Source: Nemertoderma westbladi
Taxonomy: Eukaryota; Animalia; Xenacoelomorpha
Assembly (NCBI GenBank): GCA_032718475.1
Contig: JAUCBJ010000347.1
Span: 741-64,740 of the forward strand
Direction of reading: 5' to 3'
DNA: 64,000 nucleotides
Both the position numbers and the translations under genes were made by a program. The notes under the pieces are model-generated. The model was not told where the DNA came from. It saw only the letters and a list, made by a program, of their open reading frames with translations, and did not search any database. Positions 51,990 to 64,000 of this stretch are shown piece after piece (position 1 is the first letter of the stretch; each line of letters starts with the position of its first letter).

Positions 51990-52297
51990 AAAATTGCCAA
52001 ACTGACAGTCATATAGACAGAAACGACGAGGCCAAATTTGAATATTGACATCAGAAATAAAGTCACCGACCACAAAACCCATATAGGGAATTTTTTAGAC
52101 AGATAGTTTGCTTTTTACTGACGGACAGACATACTGACGGACAAACCGACAGTCAATCGGACAGACAGCCATATCTCGAGAAGTAAGACAGATCTTGCTA
52201 AACGGTTTTCAAATTTGGAATCTTCATAAAAATCTGCTCTAAATGAAACGGAAAAAAAATTTGAAAAAAATATTTGAACGCCTGTACTACTCCCCTT
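51990..52297. mobile_element. HINE/DINE-like (Helentron-associated) or MITE fragment
   Basis: GACA/GACG microsatellite core followed by ATATCTCGAGAA...; a related piece lies at ~36330-36450. Confidence 0.35.
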
Positions 52298-53739
52298 AAG
52301 TTGACATAATGTAGCAAAAGCTTTTGTTACATACATTATGTAATTCGATACGTCCTATAGAAGACATACGAATAAGAATATGAGCAAAGAAAATATGGCA
52401 ACAGTGTTCTATAAAACTGAACGGACACAGACGGTGACTAAGTTTGCTTCAGTCGTAGATGGATCAACGATGGATCATTTACTGTATGTTCTACTGTAAT
52501 GAGCATAATATTAATGCAGTAGGAGAATAAGAGTCACTTGAGCCAAATGGTACAGTAGGTTCGGGCCATGTGCCTGTGGCACTACTTCCCTTAGTCCCAA
52601 CTATCTAACTAAGTTTGAACCCATTTGATGACAATTGATGGATGCAGGAAGTTCTTTCGTGAGTCATTGATCTTTCATCAAATGTGTTATATTGTTATAA
52701 ATTTCATTGTGGTGCATCGCGAAGGCTCGAAATTTCAACCCCCTTGGGATCCGTCAAGATATAGACGAAATTTAAAGAATTTTTTTTTTCCTTATTTTCT
52801 TTACCATTTGGCAACTTCTGTGCACCGGTAGAACAATGAAATCTAAAAAAAAGTGAAAAACGAACCGCTCTATGTACGCCTAAAACTGCTTAGGCTAGGA
52901 CTCTTCTAATACTGTTGCTATAATTATCCTTACATGATTTCACCCACTTTATCTGCTCCTTACAGCATTTGGAACACTTTATATCTACCTGCCCTCTACA
53001 AAGTGAAAAAACCCTACACTACAGTAGGTCGACCACTCTTTCCATTCCTTACATGATTTCAAAGTCCAATCAATTAATACAGTAGTTCAATAACAGTAGT
53101 TCAATGCCCGACCAGTTTGTAATAAATACTGTATTAAATCCAATTAAATATTTTGTAATGTCCACTGTATGATACCACAAGTAGGGCCTAGTGCTCAGTT
53201 AAATGAATTTACTGTTTTTTTATACGCACAAATGTTGCCTTTTATAACGGCGATTCACAAACCCAACATTTGTCTACAAAGCTTTGTACATATTTCCGCC
53301 ATGATCACTGTTATGATGTTATAGCGCCGCTAATATCAATGAAAATCTACAATGATTACTGTATAGTCTGCTCTTAACAATAAACTTTGCAGAAAGTTGT
53401 TGCATTGCAAGCAATAAGGCGTACTGCTGTTCTATATTAGGCGTACTGTACGTCTTGATTGCAAGCGGCATGGCCAGAAATATATTTGTAAGTTCTTATG
53501 TTACAATGTTTATGTTATACTCATATAATTATAATACGCGATAAAACACCTCATGTATTATGTTAGTATAAAAATCTAACGGCAATTTGTAGTGTCGTCT
53601 ATCATATTTGTAGGGGCCTACTGTACATGTACAAGTATCTTGAAATCATACTAATAGGGGCCTACCAATAAAGATCTTACCACCAGTCATATAACTTTAC
53701 TGTATCAATAAATGTTTAATAACAACTCAATTAAAAATG

Positions 53740-55555
53740 GTTGAGGGAATTGCTTGCTGATAACGGGGGGTCTGGATGGGGGGTCTTGATGATTGATGCT
53801 CGAAACGCCTTCAACGCTGTAAACCGGGTAGCTGGGCTGGGGACCGCTCGCATTATCTGGCCTTCGTGTAGCCGCTTTTTGTTTAATACCTACCGTGGTC
53901 ATCCACCACTAATAGTGCGGGGAACTGATGTGATCTTTTTTCCAAGGTGGGAGCAACACAGGGTGATCCATTATCAATCAACTTTTTTATGCATGCTCTG
54001 TGCTACCTCTTATTAAGCTCTTACAACATTCGGATACCATACAGATGTTATGCTGATGATTCTCAGCAGGGGCCAAACTTGAAGCCCTCCGGCATTGGCT
54101 AGTCAAAATTATAGAAATGGGACCATCCATTTGCTACTTCCCAGAGCCAGAAAAGTCTTTCCTGGTCGTCAATGAGTGTGACCGCCAGGCTGCACAGGAG
54201 ATCTTCTCCAATTATGGAGTCACAGTGGTTTGCAGTCACAGGTTCCTAGGAGGGTTCATCGGTGTGAAGTAGGAAGAAACTGAGTATGTAAGGGCAAAAG
54301 TTCATTACTGGATTGATGGGGTTAAGCGACTCGCTGAAATGGCTCGAAGTCAGCTATAGGGCTTTTGCAGCATTACCGAAATCACTTCAAGGCAAATGGG
54401 GGTACTTACAGCGAGTCACGCCAGATTGTTCTTCACATTTTGCTCCACTGGAGCACGCCATTCAAGACCACTTTCTACACCTGTTGGATGCAACTGTTGC
54501 TTCCCTTGATCGACAACTCTACTCTCTTCCAGCACGAAAAGGAGGACTGGGTATACCTAATCCAACACAAACATGCAGGCTCGCTAATAAGTCTTCTAAA
54601 GAAGGCACTAGGCCTACTGTTGTGCAAGGTGCAATTCTCCTCGGTCGATATCCTTATTCAACTCACGCCCATGAGCTAACATTAAAAGAAGCACATGCTC
54701 AAAGAGAACAGGAACAACGAAAAAGTGATGAACAGTCGTATAACGAGATAATACCTAACTTCCGAACATCACATCCTGAGAAAGCTAGGCAGTAGATGTG
54801 CAGTAGATGGCAAGACCTCGGTTTGGCTAACAGTTCTGCCAATTGAGCGCCAACAGTTCAATCCCTCATCCCAGGAGTTTCATGACCAACTCGCCTTGCG
54901 ATATAGTCTGTCTATGGACTCCTTACCATCTAGGTGTTATGATGGTGGGGGGCCATTTCTCCTCAGACCATGCCATGAATTGCAAATCAGGTGGGGTTGT
55001 AGTGCGGCGGCACAATGAGGTCCGAGATGCTCATGGGGACCTTGTTGCATTAGCATACACAGAAGTGCAGCGGGAACCAGTGGTTTGGGAGGCGATTTTT
55101 GAAAATAGGGACCCTGGATTAAGGGCAGCTTTGCGGATCCGTGGAAAGTGGCAACCACAGACCGAGGCGTTGCTTGATTTTAAGGTAATGAACCTTGACG
55201 CCCGATCATATATAGGCCGCAGTACAGCTGTAGTCCTTGCCGAATCAGAAGAAATCAACTCACGTAAATAGAGAAATGCCTGTGAAGAAAGGAGGGCTTC
55301 CTTTACTCCCATGGTGTACTCGATAGTTGGTGTTGCTGGAAGAGAGGCACAAATATTTCTAAAGAATCTAGGGGGTTGACTGGTTACAAAATGGGGCAAA
55401 GGCTATGGGGAGGTTATGGGATGGGTAAGGGGTCATCTTCAATTCGCTATTATTCGGGCTACAGGTCACTCACTGTCTTAGGCGGTCGAGATCCAAATGA
55501 CGAAGTGGTTTAGGACTAGAGGATGCTGCAGGGATGAGACTGTCAATGAAGTAAT
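53740..55555 (+). mobile_element. CRE-clade non-LTR retrotransposon (RT + CCHC + REL endonuclease), frameshifted and 5'-truncated
   Basis: Motifs IDARNAFNAVNR, TQGDPLS, YADD (~54049), PEPEKS, RFLGGFIG, LPARKGGLGI, HAMNCKSGG...RHNEVRD, REPVV, WQPQTEALLD and FTPMVYS..G. Confidence 0.85.
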
Positions 55556-57016
55556 TCGGGCTTGGTTTCCGAAGTAATGGTTTACTGCACTGAAGCAGTC
55601 AATAACCTAATAACTCATTGAATTAATTTATGCGAACCTATATACAGTAGTTACTATTATAATATAATATATCACCGTTTACTTCGATTAAAAATGGCTT
55701 AAAAATAATTAAATTGAATGTATTTTCAATATTAATTATAAAAATGGTGGATAATTGAAAAATTATACAGTAAGCCTATAATAACCTTTGATTCAAATAT
55801 ATATTAATTGAGTGTCATTAGCATGATGCCCGCGTTACGTACCCACGGGTTCTTATTGGCAACTACAGTATAATCGAAGTGTCAGAAATTAGCTATGAAG
55901 AACAAAACAATAAATACATAACAAATAATTAAATAGTTCTTGCGCATTAAGATATAGGTACTTAACATTTTTGAGAGGTAGGCCTACTTAAAATTATTAT
56001 CTGAGCGAATAATAAGTTTAAAATTAATATTATGTTAATAACAGTATAGTATAATAATAACAAATATATATAATAATAATAATAACAAATATATATAATG
56101 ATAATAATAACAAATATATATAATAATAATAATAACATAAATGTCTGGAATGTTTCAAGGACTTGCCGTGACTAATCCACTTTATGTACTGTGTGTTGAT
56201 AAGCGGTGCAGTTTAAACGCAAACCAATAGGTACTTACTAAATACTAAAGTCCACTTGGATAAATTGTTTCCTGTTTCTCACATGACACTGTGGAACTGA
56301 GTTTGAGAGTTTTTGACTAACGGTACCGCCCACATTATAACATAGAATGGGGCGAGTTATAATTATAACGAATCTGTCTTTAGACTGGGTAGTTTTTGTA
56401 CAAAACTACGCAGCCAGGCCGGCAAAACTATAATTCTTAGAGTAGATCATAGGCCTACTGTAAGATCTAAATAAATTTAATTTTTTATATACTTTATATT
56501 AAGATTGTTAAGATCAGACTATGATCATTGTCGATTTTAATTGACAAACATCTTAGAAGGGATACAGTATACGGTAGTTCTGCAGTGAGGATTGTGGAAA
56601 TCCAAAGATGGTAGATTATTGGGAATGTTCAGATTCAGATACAGTACTAGCGCTGTGGAGGGAGATTGATTGAAGGAATTCAATCAATGAACCTTCCTGT
56701 TCTGATATTTGTGAACTTCAAATGCTGCAAAATTGAGCAGCAAAATCCGGCAAAGTCTACGACCTTTCGGTAAATTTTTAAATTAACATAGGGTCTAATG
56801 AATTACCGTACTAATAATGTACTAGGTCAGAGTCTGGCCACTCAGCTATTGCTGCATTGACCAATCTACCAATGCTGACCCTGATAGTACTGCAGTATTC
56901 TGGTATTCTCAGAATTAGCAGAGCAGAGAGTATCAATCAACCTTAATTCAGTAATTGTTAATACTGCAGTAGGCCTACTGCTATAGTAATAATATACCGG
57001 TAATAATTTCTTAATT

Positions 57017-57623
57017 ATGAGTTCCGGTCGAAAACAAACTCCTAGTGACTTCCTGAAGCAAATAGTCGGTCGCCCTGTCGTCGTTAAATTGAACTCAGGA
57101 TCTGACTACCGCGGTGTATTGGCCTGTCTTGATGGCTATATGAATGTGGTTTTGGAGCAAACCGAAGAATATTTAAATGGGCAGCTGAAAAAGAAATATG
57201 GCGATGCGTTTATTCGCGGAAATAATGGTAAGTTAATGTTGCTCAGTTGCTACTGTTGTGTGGTAGTGCCGGTACGGCGGCACCGTATTGAAGCTGTGAA
57301 CAGGTGAAGCTGGAAATCTGTGACATAAATCAGCAATTGTGCAAGATGACAGAATGAGCAAAGTATTTAGCGTAACTGATGAACTGTCAACTACCGTTGC
57401 CGTTAGCTGACTGCAGGACTGGGGTGCGGTGCGGCGGTTTAAGTACCGGTTACCGGTTAAGTCCAAGTCGGTTTAAAACCACGGGTCGGCGGTCGGGGTT
57501 AACTCTTAACTGTAAAAAGACGATACCGGTAGTTATAGAAAAACACTGCTGCACTGGACTAATATTTTTCGATTTTTTTAACTTTCAGTTTTGTATATAA
57601 GCACACAAAGGCGAAGAACTTAA
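57017..57623 (+). CDS. LSM6: U6 snRNA-associated Sm-like protein LSm6 (2 exons: 57017-57227, 57589-57623; 81 aa)
   Basis: MSSGRKQTPSDFLKQIVGRPVVVKLNSGSDYRGVLACLDGYMNVVLEQTEEYLNGQLKKKYGDAFIRGNN|VLYISTQRRRT*, with a phase-1 GT-AG intron. Confidence 0.96.
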
Positions 57624-58433
57624 TGAAGGCTATAAGAATTTTGAAGATTAATTTCAAACCTAAAGTCGTTTCTGCTGGCGAGCTATAATAATCTATACAA
57701 ACCATGAGAACTGGAACTACCGGCAACCGTGAATATTGAACAAATGTTGAATATATTTATACTGATATATTCGAGTTTACTGACTGCTTCCAGTGGTATA
57801 GGTATTACTGATTAGACTGAAATTAGCATTATAAGTTGCGGTCTGTTATAGTTCATAACGTGAACCATAACTTTGCAATATTACATACTATACTACACGT
57901 GATAATTAATTTTTCGTTGTTGAAATTGTTGAATAGTGTCATTTTCTGATGACACGGACCCCCCCCCCCCCCCCTCCCCCCCAGATTTTTCTACAAATCT
58001 TTATCATATTGTTTGAAATTTGAAACACAACTAGTTCCACTCACCGTGGTTGTTACCATGAAGAAGGAATTTTCGATTTCGCCTTTAAATTTTATTTATA
58101 AGTGTTTTAAAAACGTGTCTTTTCCGAAATCGCACCCTCCGTGTCGTGGCCATACTTCACATTAGTCGTAATTTTTTCATATTATTAGAAAGCTTGCCTT
58201 GCAAGGATTCGAAATATGTAACAATTTCTGAAATTCGTTGACGGAAATACGGAGCCCCTAATATGCCAGGAGAAAAAAAACGTCAAATATTTCGCGTTCC
58301 CTCGCGTAATATTTCCCGTTTCCTCGAGTAAGATATTAGAAATTAAGACATAATTAAATATTACCCTTAAAAATAACCAAGTAAAGGTTATATGAATGCT
58401 AGACTTGGAAGTGATGGGAAAGAGGTACAGATT

Positions 58434-58813
58434 AACACATTGATAGTAACAATGTGTTGGCAAGCTGTATTTTTCGAGGTGTTTGTTATTATATATTTAT
58501 TATAGGAAGGAATCTAGGGGTCTTAACCTTGAATGATAAGTTTATTTTACCGAAAATAACTTATCTTTTATTGGCGCAATTGTAGGACTAATCCCATCAC
58601 ATGCGTACTTTTTAACCGGGTAGTGTACAAATTTAGGAATCGCGTAATTTTTTCTTGAAATTAATATCTCATATCTCTCCAAACCACGTACGCGTTTCGA
58701 CCTTACTGGGTCTCATCAGCGTGGTGTCGGATTCGAACCTGGGACCTCGAGGTGGAAGCCGAGACAAGAACCACTAGGCCACAGGTTCTTGAGATATGGA
58801 GTATTAATTTCAA
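58434..58813 (-). mobile_element. SINE-like repeat with a tRNA-like head and hammerhead ribozyme (full copy; truncated copy at 51066-51639)
   Basis: A box 58781-58771, B box 58739-58729, hammerhead 58725-58683; about 300 bp is nearly identical to 51066-51120 joined to 51392-51639. Confidence 0.75.
58683..58725 (-). ncRNA. minimal type I hammerhead ribozyme (copy 2)
   Basis: Complete core CUGAUGA / GAAA / UH; helix I ACCACG:CGUGGU; helix II GACC:GGUC; palindromic CGCG in place of helix III; predicted GUA cut between 58689 and 58688. Confidence 0.87.
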
Positions 58814-58939
58814 AGCCAGCTGCCATTTATATTATATTATAATATAATATATTTACATATTGAAAATGTTATAGAATTTATTGACAATACTATTCGCTCC
58901 GGCTTTGGTAGCATGGATACAGAATGATGCACGCCAATT

Positions 58940-59720
58940 TCGTGAAAGAAGGCTTTAAGGGAAAAAAAGGAGGGTTTGCGCACCATATTGCAGTACCTGG
59001 ATCCAACTGGTGTGGAAATTCGAACCTCCAAACGATTGAAACGACGACTATAATTTGCCAAAGGGCCTAATTATTTTTGGCATCTAGATGGATACGATAA
59101 ACTGAAACCATTTGGTCTATGCATAAGTGGGTGCATCGATGGTTTATCAAGAAAGATTATCTGGTTGAACGTTTACCGAACTGATAATGATTATAAGTTA
59201 ATTGCTGGCTATTTTTTGGAGGCTATTATTTCGTTAAAGGGGTGTCCTATGATTGTACGAGGTGATATGGGAACCGAAAATGCACGAGTCGTAACGATAC
59301 GCGATATTTGTGGCGCGAGTACGGCTAACAAGCCCGTTGAATTGTTTTGGGCGATGCTAAGACGGGACTGAACCGAATATTGGATTGCGTTTTTTCACAA
59401 CCTGCAGGATACGGGATTGCTCAACGGCAGTTATCTACACAAAAGTGTGGTGCAGTTTACCTTTCTAATTCAAACTGAACTATATAGGTTTGCTAAAGCT
59501 TGGCAATGGCACTTGATAAGATCGATAAGACCAAATGTGCCCTCTGGTAGACCGGATGTGATGCATGAGGCGCTACAATTATGGTGTGCTACCGAGCAGA
59601 GCCAGTTCACAACAAAAGAAGATATCCATAATTCGACAGAGGAAGTGATATTCCGGACAACATCAGGCTATTGTGATAATGATATTTACAATTTTGGCTG
59701 AAAACGATTTTCAGCTGCCA
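58940..59720 (+). mobile_element. IS3EU-like (rve-type DDE) transposase remnant
   Basis: DPTGVEIR..RLKRR..AKGPNYFWHLDGYDKLKPFGLCISGCIDGLSRKIIWL...YFLEAI...GCPMIVRGDMGTEN...W.WHLIR...PSGRPDVM, with stops and frameshifts. Confidence 0.75.
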
Positions 59721-60080
59721 AATTCCCCTTCCAGCGCTCAGAATTTGTATACTTTTTTAGTCACCAGCATTGAGGAGGCAATTGGTGGTAGTGAGTGACT
59801 GAACACTGAACTAACTGATTGTTTTGTGTAAGTCACACCTAACACGTGTACTAAGTAACACGTTCATGGGAGGAGTGCGAACTGTGCAAAGCCTTAGCAT
59901 AAGGGTACCATTAATTAAAGAGTATAGTCGTCAACACAATACTCGTCTCCTTCATTTGCCTCGCTGCTCTCGTTCGTTTTTGACTGAGCTTCAGATTCTT
60001 CTCCATGACCCAAGGTAGGTCTACTGAAGTCTTCCTTAGTTGATTATTATTTACTGTATTGTTATCAAGTTCCCACCAAC

Positions 60081-61896
60081 TAGTGCTGCGAACTGAATCA
60101 ATATTTGACTAGTTTCAGTTCTAATAAACCTATTTATTTCAGTTCCAGTTCCCAAAAAAAAATAGTTTCAGCTCTAGTTTCAGTTTGAATGAGGCTGTTT
60201 ATTTAAGTTCCAGTTTCAGTTCCGGAAAAAAAATAGTTTCAGTTTCAATTCAAGTTTCATAACAATAATAAGTAATAAGAAGGCCTACCGCTGTCATCCT
60301 ATAGCAACCACAATACTGTATATATATTCAGTACTAACTGTATATATTTATATTTATGGGCCAGTGTTGAGAATTCCAGAATTATATGAATATTAATTAT
60401 TATCCTACAATAACTGAATAATAATTATAGTAGTAGTAATTTTATTGACAGAATATAGGAATAATACCTATATAAACCACCGCAAGGAAGTGCAGGTAAT
60501 ATTAACATTCGCAATACCTTCCCAAAAGTTAATAATTACAAACTCCGCTGGGGGGAGCTGAAAACACGCCTTTACTTTATGCCGTAACCGTATATGTATA
60601 GTATCAAAGGCTGAACAGAGGCCTACCAGTACTACACAATAATATTCCAGAATATAATTATTTTATAGCCAATCTCTGACCAACTCCATCGCTAAGGGTT
60701 ATTGCTTTTATCATAGGCTTCTCCCTGCATAGCTTACACTACATAACTTACAAGGAATATATCGGGGGTGGATGTGCACGGTAATTCAGTCTTCTGGTGC
60801 ACGGCCTACTTACCAGTAACTTTGTATAAGGAGAGTTGACATTATAAGAATCGTTCTAGCTAAAACAACGTACCAGTGCAGTAGAGTAGCTTGGTTCTTT
60901 CAACATTTTTTTTTACTTAATTATTTACTAAGTGTTAGTAGTAGTTTGTTGTATGTTGAATTCTGAGCTGAAATGTTTAGGTTGGGTTATCTGTCAATTT
61001 TGACATACATCGATACATGTTCACAATTTTCATCATAGAATTAATGTAGAAGTAAACTACTTTTTATTCCACCCTGAAATTGTTTGTTTGGCAAATTGGC
61101 ATCCTACTGAATGTACTAGTCTGGCTACCTTCGCCTTGCGTTCATAAATAAAATAATAATACAATGAGTCGGCCTACACAGTACATATACAGTACAAATT
61201 ATTTGCATCGTTTGCACTGGCTAAATGTATTTCCATTTCCGCAATGACTTCATCTAGCCAAGCCTGCACAACCGGCAGAAAGCAGACATCAGCCATTCGT
61301 TTATTCTACAAGAGGGAAGGTGACGTTTTTGTTCATGATGATGATCAACAGTGTGAGTTTCAGTCAAAGTGTGCCAACGGTCCAAGTAATTAAAAAAAAC
61401 ATTTAGAGCGGCGTCACCCAATACAATACGAAAAATTTAAATCGGCCGAGAAAGACATAATTTTAAGTATAAAAGAAGCAGGGGCAATAAAAAAATCCAA
61501 ACTTCAAGCTCAAACTGGTTCTTTAGATGATTATTTAACAACCGTAAAGAAGGCAAAAGTTTCAACTGGAGAAGGAGAATCTCTCGTGCCCATGTAGTTT
61601 CCAAATCAACAAAAACTGGTTTTGATATAGGCCTAAGTGACATATCTTTTATTTTTATTCCCTGGGGGGGGGGGGGGGGGGGCAATATTGTAATTTATGT
61701 TTACATTTATTTTCAATTTATTACTTCCAGTTTTCAATTTTCAGGAATTCAGTTCTAGTTCCAGTTCCAGTATTTCAATATATCACGTTTCAGTTCTAGT
61801 TTCAGTTTAAAAAAAAAAAGTTTCAGTTCCAGTTCAGAAGAAATGCCAAAAACAATTTCAGTTCGATTTCAGTTCCAGTTTCAGTTCGCAGCACTA
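60081..61896. mobile_element. non-autonomous hAT transposon
   Basis: 17-bp TIRs TAGTGCTGCGAACTGAA / TTCAGTTCGCAGCACTA, 8-bp TSD CCACCAAC, subterminal (AGTTYC)n arrays, and a BED-finger remnant GRKQTSAI...C...SN*KKHLERRHP from 61244. Confidence 0.9.
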
Positions 61897-61991
61897 CCAC
61901 CAACATCAAAGTATGAATTCGGTCTTGGTAGCATTTATATGCAATCCAACCTTTTTATGATAAAAAAAACAAAAATTAAGGGGGGGGGGGG

Positions 61992-62801
61992 GGGTGTAGG
62001 ACAATTCAGTCCCGGACAATTCGGTCACGGACAATTCGGTCCCAACACACTAAATAAATGGTAAATGGGACCGAATTGTCCGGGACCGAATTGTCCTAGG
62101 AACGAATTTTCCTAGTGCCGAATTGTCCGGGACCGAATATTTTATATAATTATTTATTTTTTTTTTAATATCCGGATATAATATTCCGGATATTTTTTTA
62201 TGGTAGCTAGTGTTTTTTACTAGCTAAATTTTTTTGAAATTTTAAAAATACTGCATTTTTTTATTTTTGTTATTGGTAAGTGTTCGAGAACATTATTATA
62301 TATTATTTCAGGTTTAGCTAGTGTTTTTTTTACTAGCTAGTATTTTCTTGAAATTATAAAAAAAACTTGTTAAAACATTGATATTTCAGAATTAGGCCTA
62401 AACTGTTGCAGATTATATTAATTACCAAAAATATTGATGATATTATAACAGTCCCTGAATGAGATCCAGCTATTATCTAAGATAATAATTTAGGCTTGTT
62501 AACCAACCAACAACAAATACAGTATAGGCCTACATACAAAGCAAAAAAAAATACTAGCGAGTAAAAAAAAAAACACTAGCTAAGCTACCATATAATAATA
62601 TCTATTAAGGTTCTAGAACATTCACAATTATATAGTACCAATTAAATTCGGTCCCGGACAATTCGGTCCCGGACAATTCGGTCCCATTAATATGTTTGTT
62701 TTAAGACCGAATTGTCCTAGTCAGTATCCGGACAATTCGGTCCCGGACAATTCGGTCCCAACCAAAACACAAAATTAATGGGACCGAATTGTCCTACTTC
62801 C
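61992..62801. mobile_element. foldback MITE with 15-bp subterminal repeats
   Basis: Ends GTAGGACAATTCAGTCCC / GGGACCGAATTGTCCTAC; multiple GGACAATTCGGTCCC units in both orientations; poly-G on both flanks. Confidence 0.8.
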
Positions 62802-64000
62802 GGGGGGGGGGGGGGGGGGGGTCACACCATTTTCGGACAACTCTTAGATTTCGCTACAGTGATACACACAGTGATAGACTCGAAGCACTATTACTGTCTC
62901 TCCACATAACATATCCCATGTGCCGAGACCAAGATGCCCATTAATTATATTTGCCTTAACAGTTCAATCCCAATTTATGTATTTATAAGCGCCGACATCG
63001 TATGGGGTTTGGAAGTGGTGTTTTCTTAAACCCCATAAGGTCTCAGTTCTAGAGTTACTTAAACTATATAGCAAGTCGCTCTGATTGGCCCTCTCTTCTG
63101 CGTGAATTACATTGCCATTATTGCGGAGACTGAATGGGGTTTGTAAATATGTTCGTAGTTTATGATATAACGTATGTTAATGATAAGTTTAGTATCAATT
63201 CGAAAGAATTACAAACATCATATAACTTCCCATGATTGAAATTTACCACCTTACGGAAAATTGGGTATCTGAAAACAGGTTAAGCCCTCATAAATACTCA
63301 GTCTCGGGTACATACAGAAGAGCACAACTTTCCTATTGATACCTGCAAATTTTCAATTCGACTTTAAATACGACAAAGTTAATGTACCCAATGTCAACAA
63401 TGTATCTATTTGAAATTACCCCCCTCCCCCATAATGTAACTTCGCAAAGGCTCCGCCAACCAAGTGGCTCGCCCCACAAATTACTCTAAAAAAAAAACTA
63501 AGTTTTACTTTTAACCAAATCAGATTTGATTTCAGTAAAAATCCGAACCTAGTACAACTAACTTTCACAAAACTCATGAAGTTTCACCAGGCGAGATGGC
63601 GTAATTTAAAAATATTAACCAGTTAAGAACAGGAAAACTAAAGAGTTTACATTGCATAGGCATTTAATAAAAGTTATTTGAGTAAAATAAATGCATATTA
63701 GACGAAAATAAAGTGTGATAATAAAATAAACATCTATAAAACATAGGCCTATCATGTTTCAAGTCTCGAATAGATATCTTATAGGGGGTCTCTACGGGTT
63801 CTTACAACGCAAACTATGTTTTAAGAACCTTTGAGTTTTGCTATCCTTTTTTTGTCTTGCTATTGCATCGAAGGAATAGTTAAAGCGTTGAGATAAGATA
63901 ACCTTACATTTCAACTCCGTTTTCATTATCGCACTCAGTTGTAAAACTTAATTTAAACACAAGTCAAGTGTTAATGTGTTAGTAACGCGTTTTAAAACAA

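Noticed and set aside
57340-57414. Possible C/D snoRNA in the LSm6 intron (TGCA ends, two CTGA, internal TGATGA)
   Set aside because: The C box is imperfect and I cannot establish a convincing rRNA-complementary guide; it would need snoscan and small-RNA data.
59880-60000. QHNTRLLHLPR as a CR1/L2 3' remnant
   Set aside because: Too short to support a call.

Overview
AT-rich, intron- and repeat-rich genomic DNA from an invertebrate animal. I can assemble three spliced protein genes with GT-AG junctions and consistent reading frames. The first is a 22-exon vitellogenin / large lipid transfer protein (+, 11628-32740, about 1528 aa). The second is a 5-exon secreted CAP/SCP protein with four ShK domains and a probable GPI anchor (-, 49271-35751, about 422 aa). 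The third is LSm6 (+, 57017-57623). There is one tRNA-Arg(CCG) gene. Most of the remaining sequence is transposon debris (BEL/Pao LTR, RTE, three CRE-like, IS3EU-like, Harbinger, hAT, Tc1/mariner-type, foldback, a CORE-SINE) and minisatellites of 43, 28, 59 and 22 bp. The most interesting signal is a two-copy repeat on the minus strand (58434-58813 and 51066-51639). In it, a tRNA-like Pol III head runs directly into a minimal type I hammerhead ribozyme, and in the complete copy both are enclosed by a 23-bp inverted repeat. All calls were made by eye from motifs; no database searches were run.
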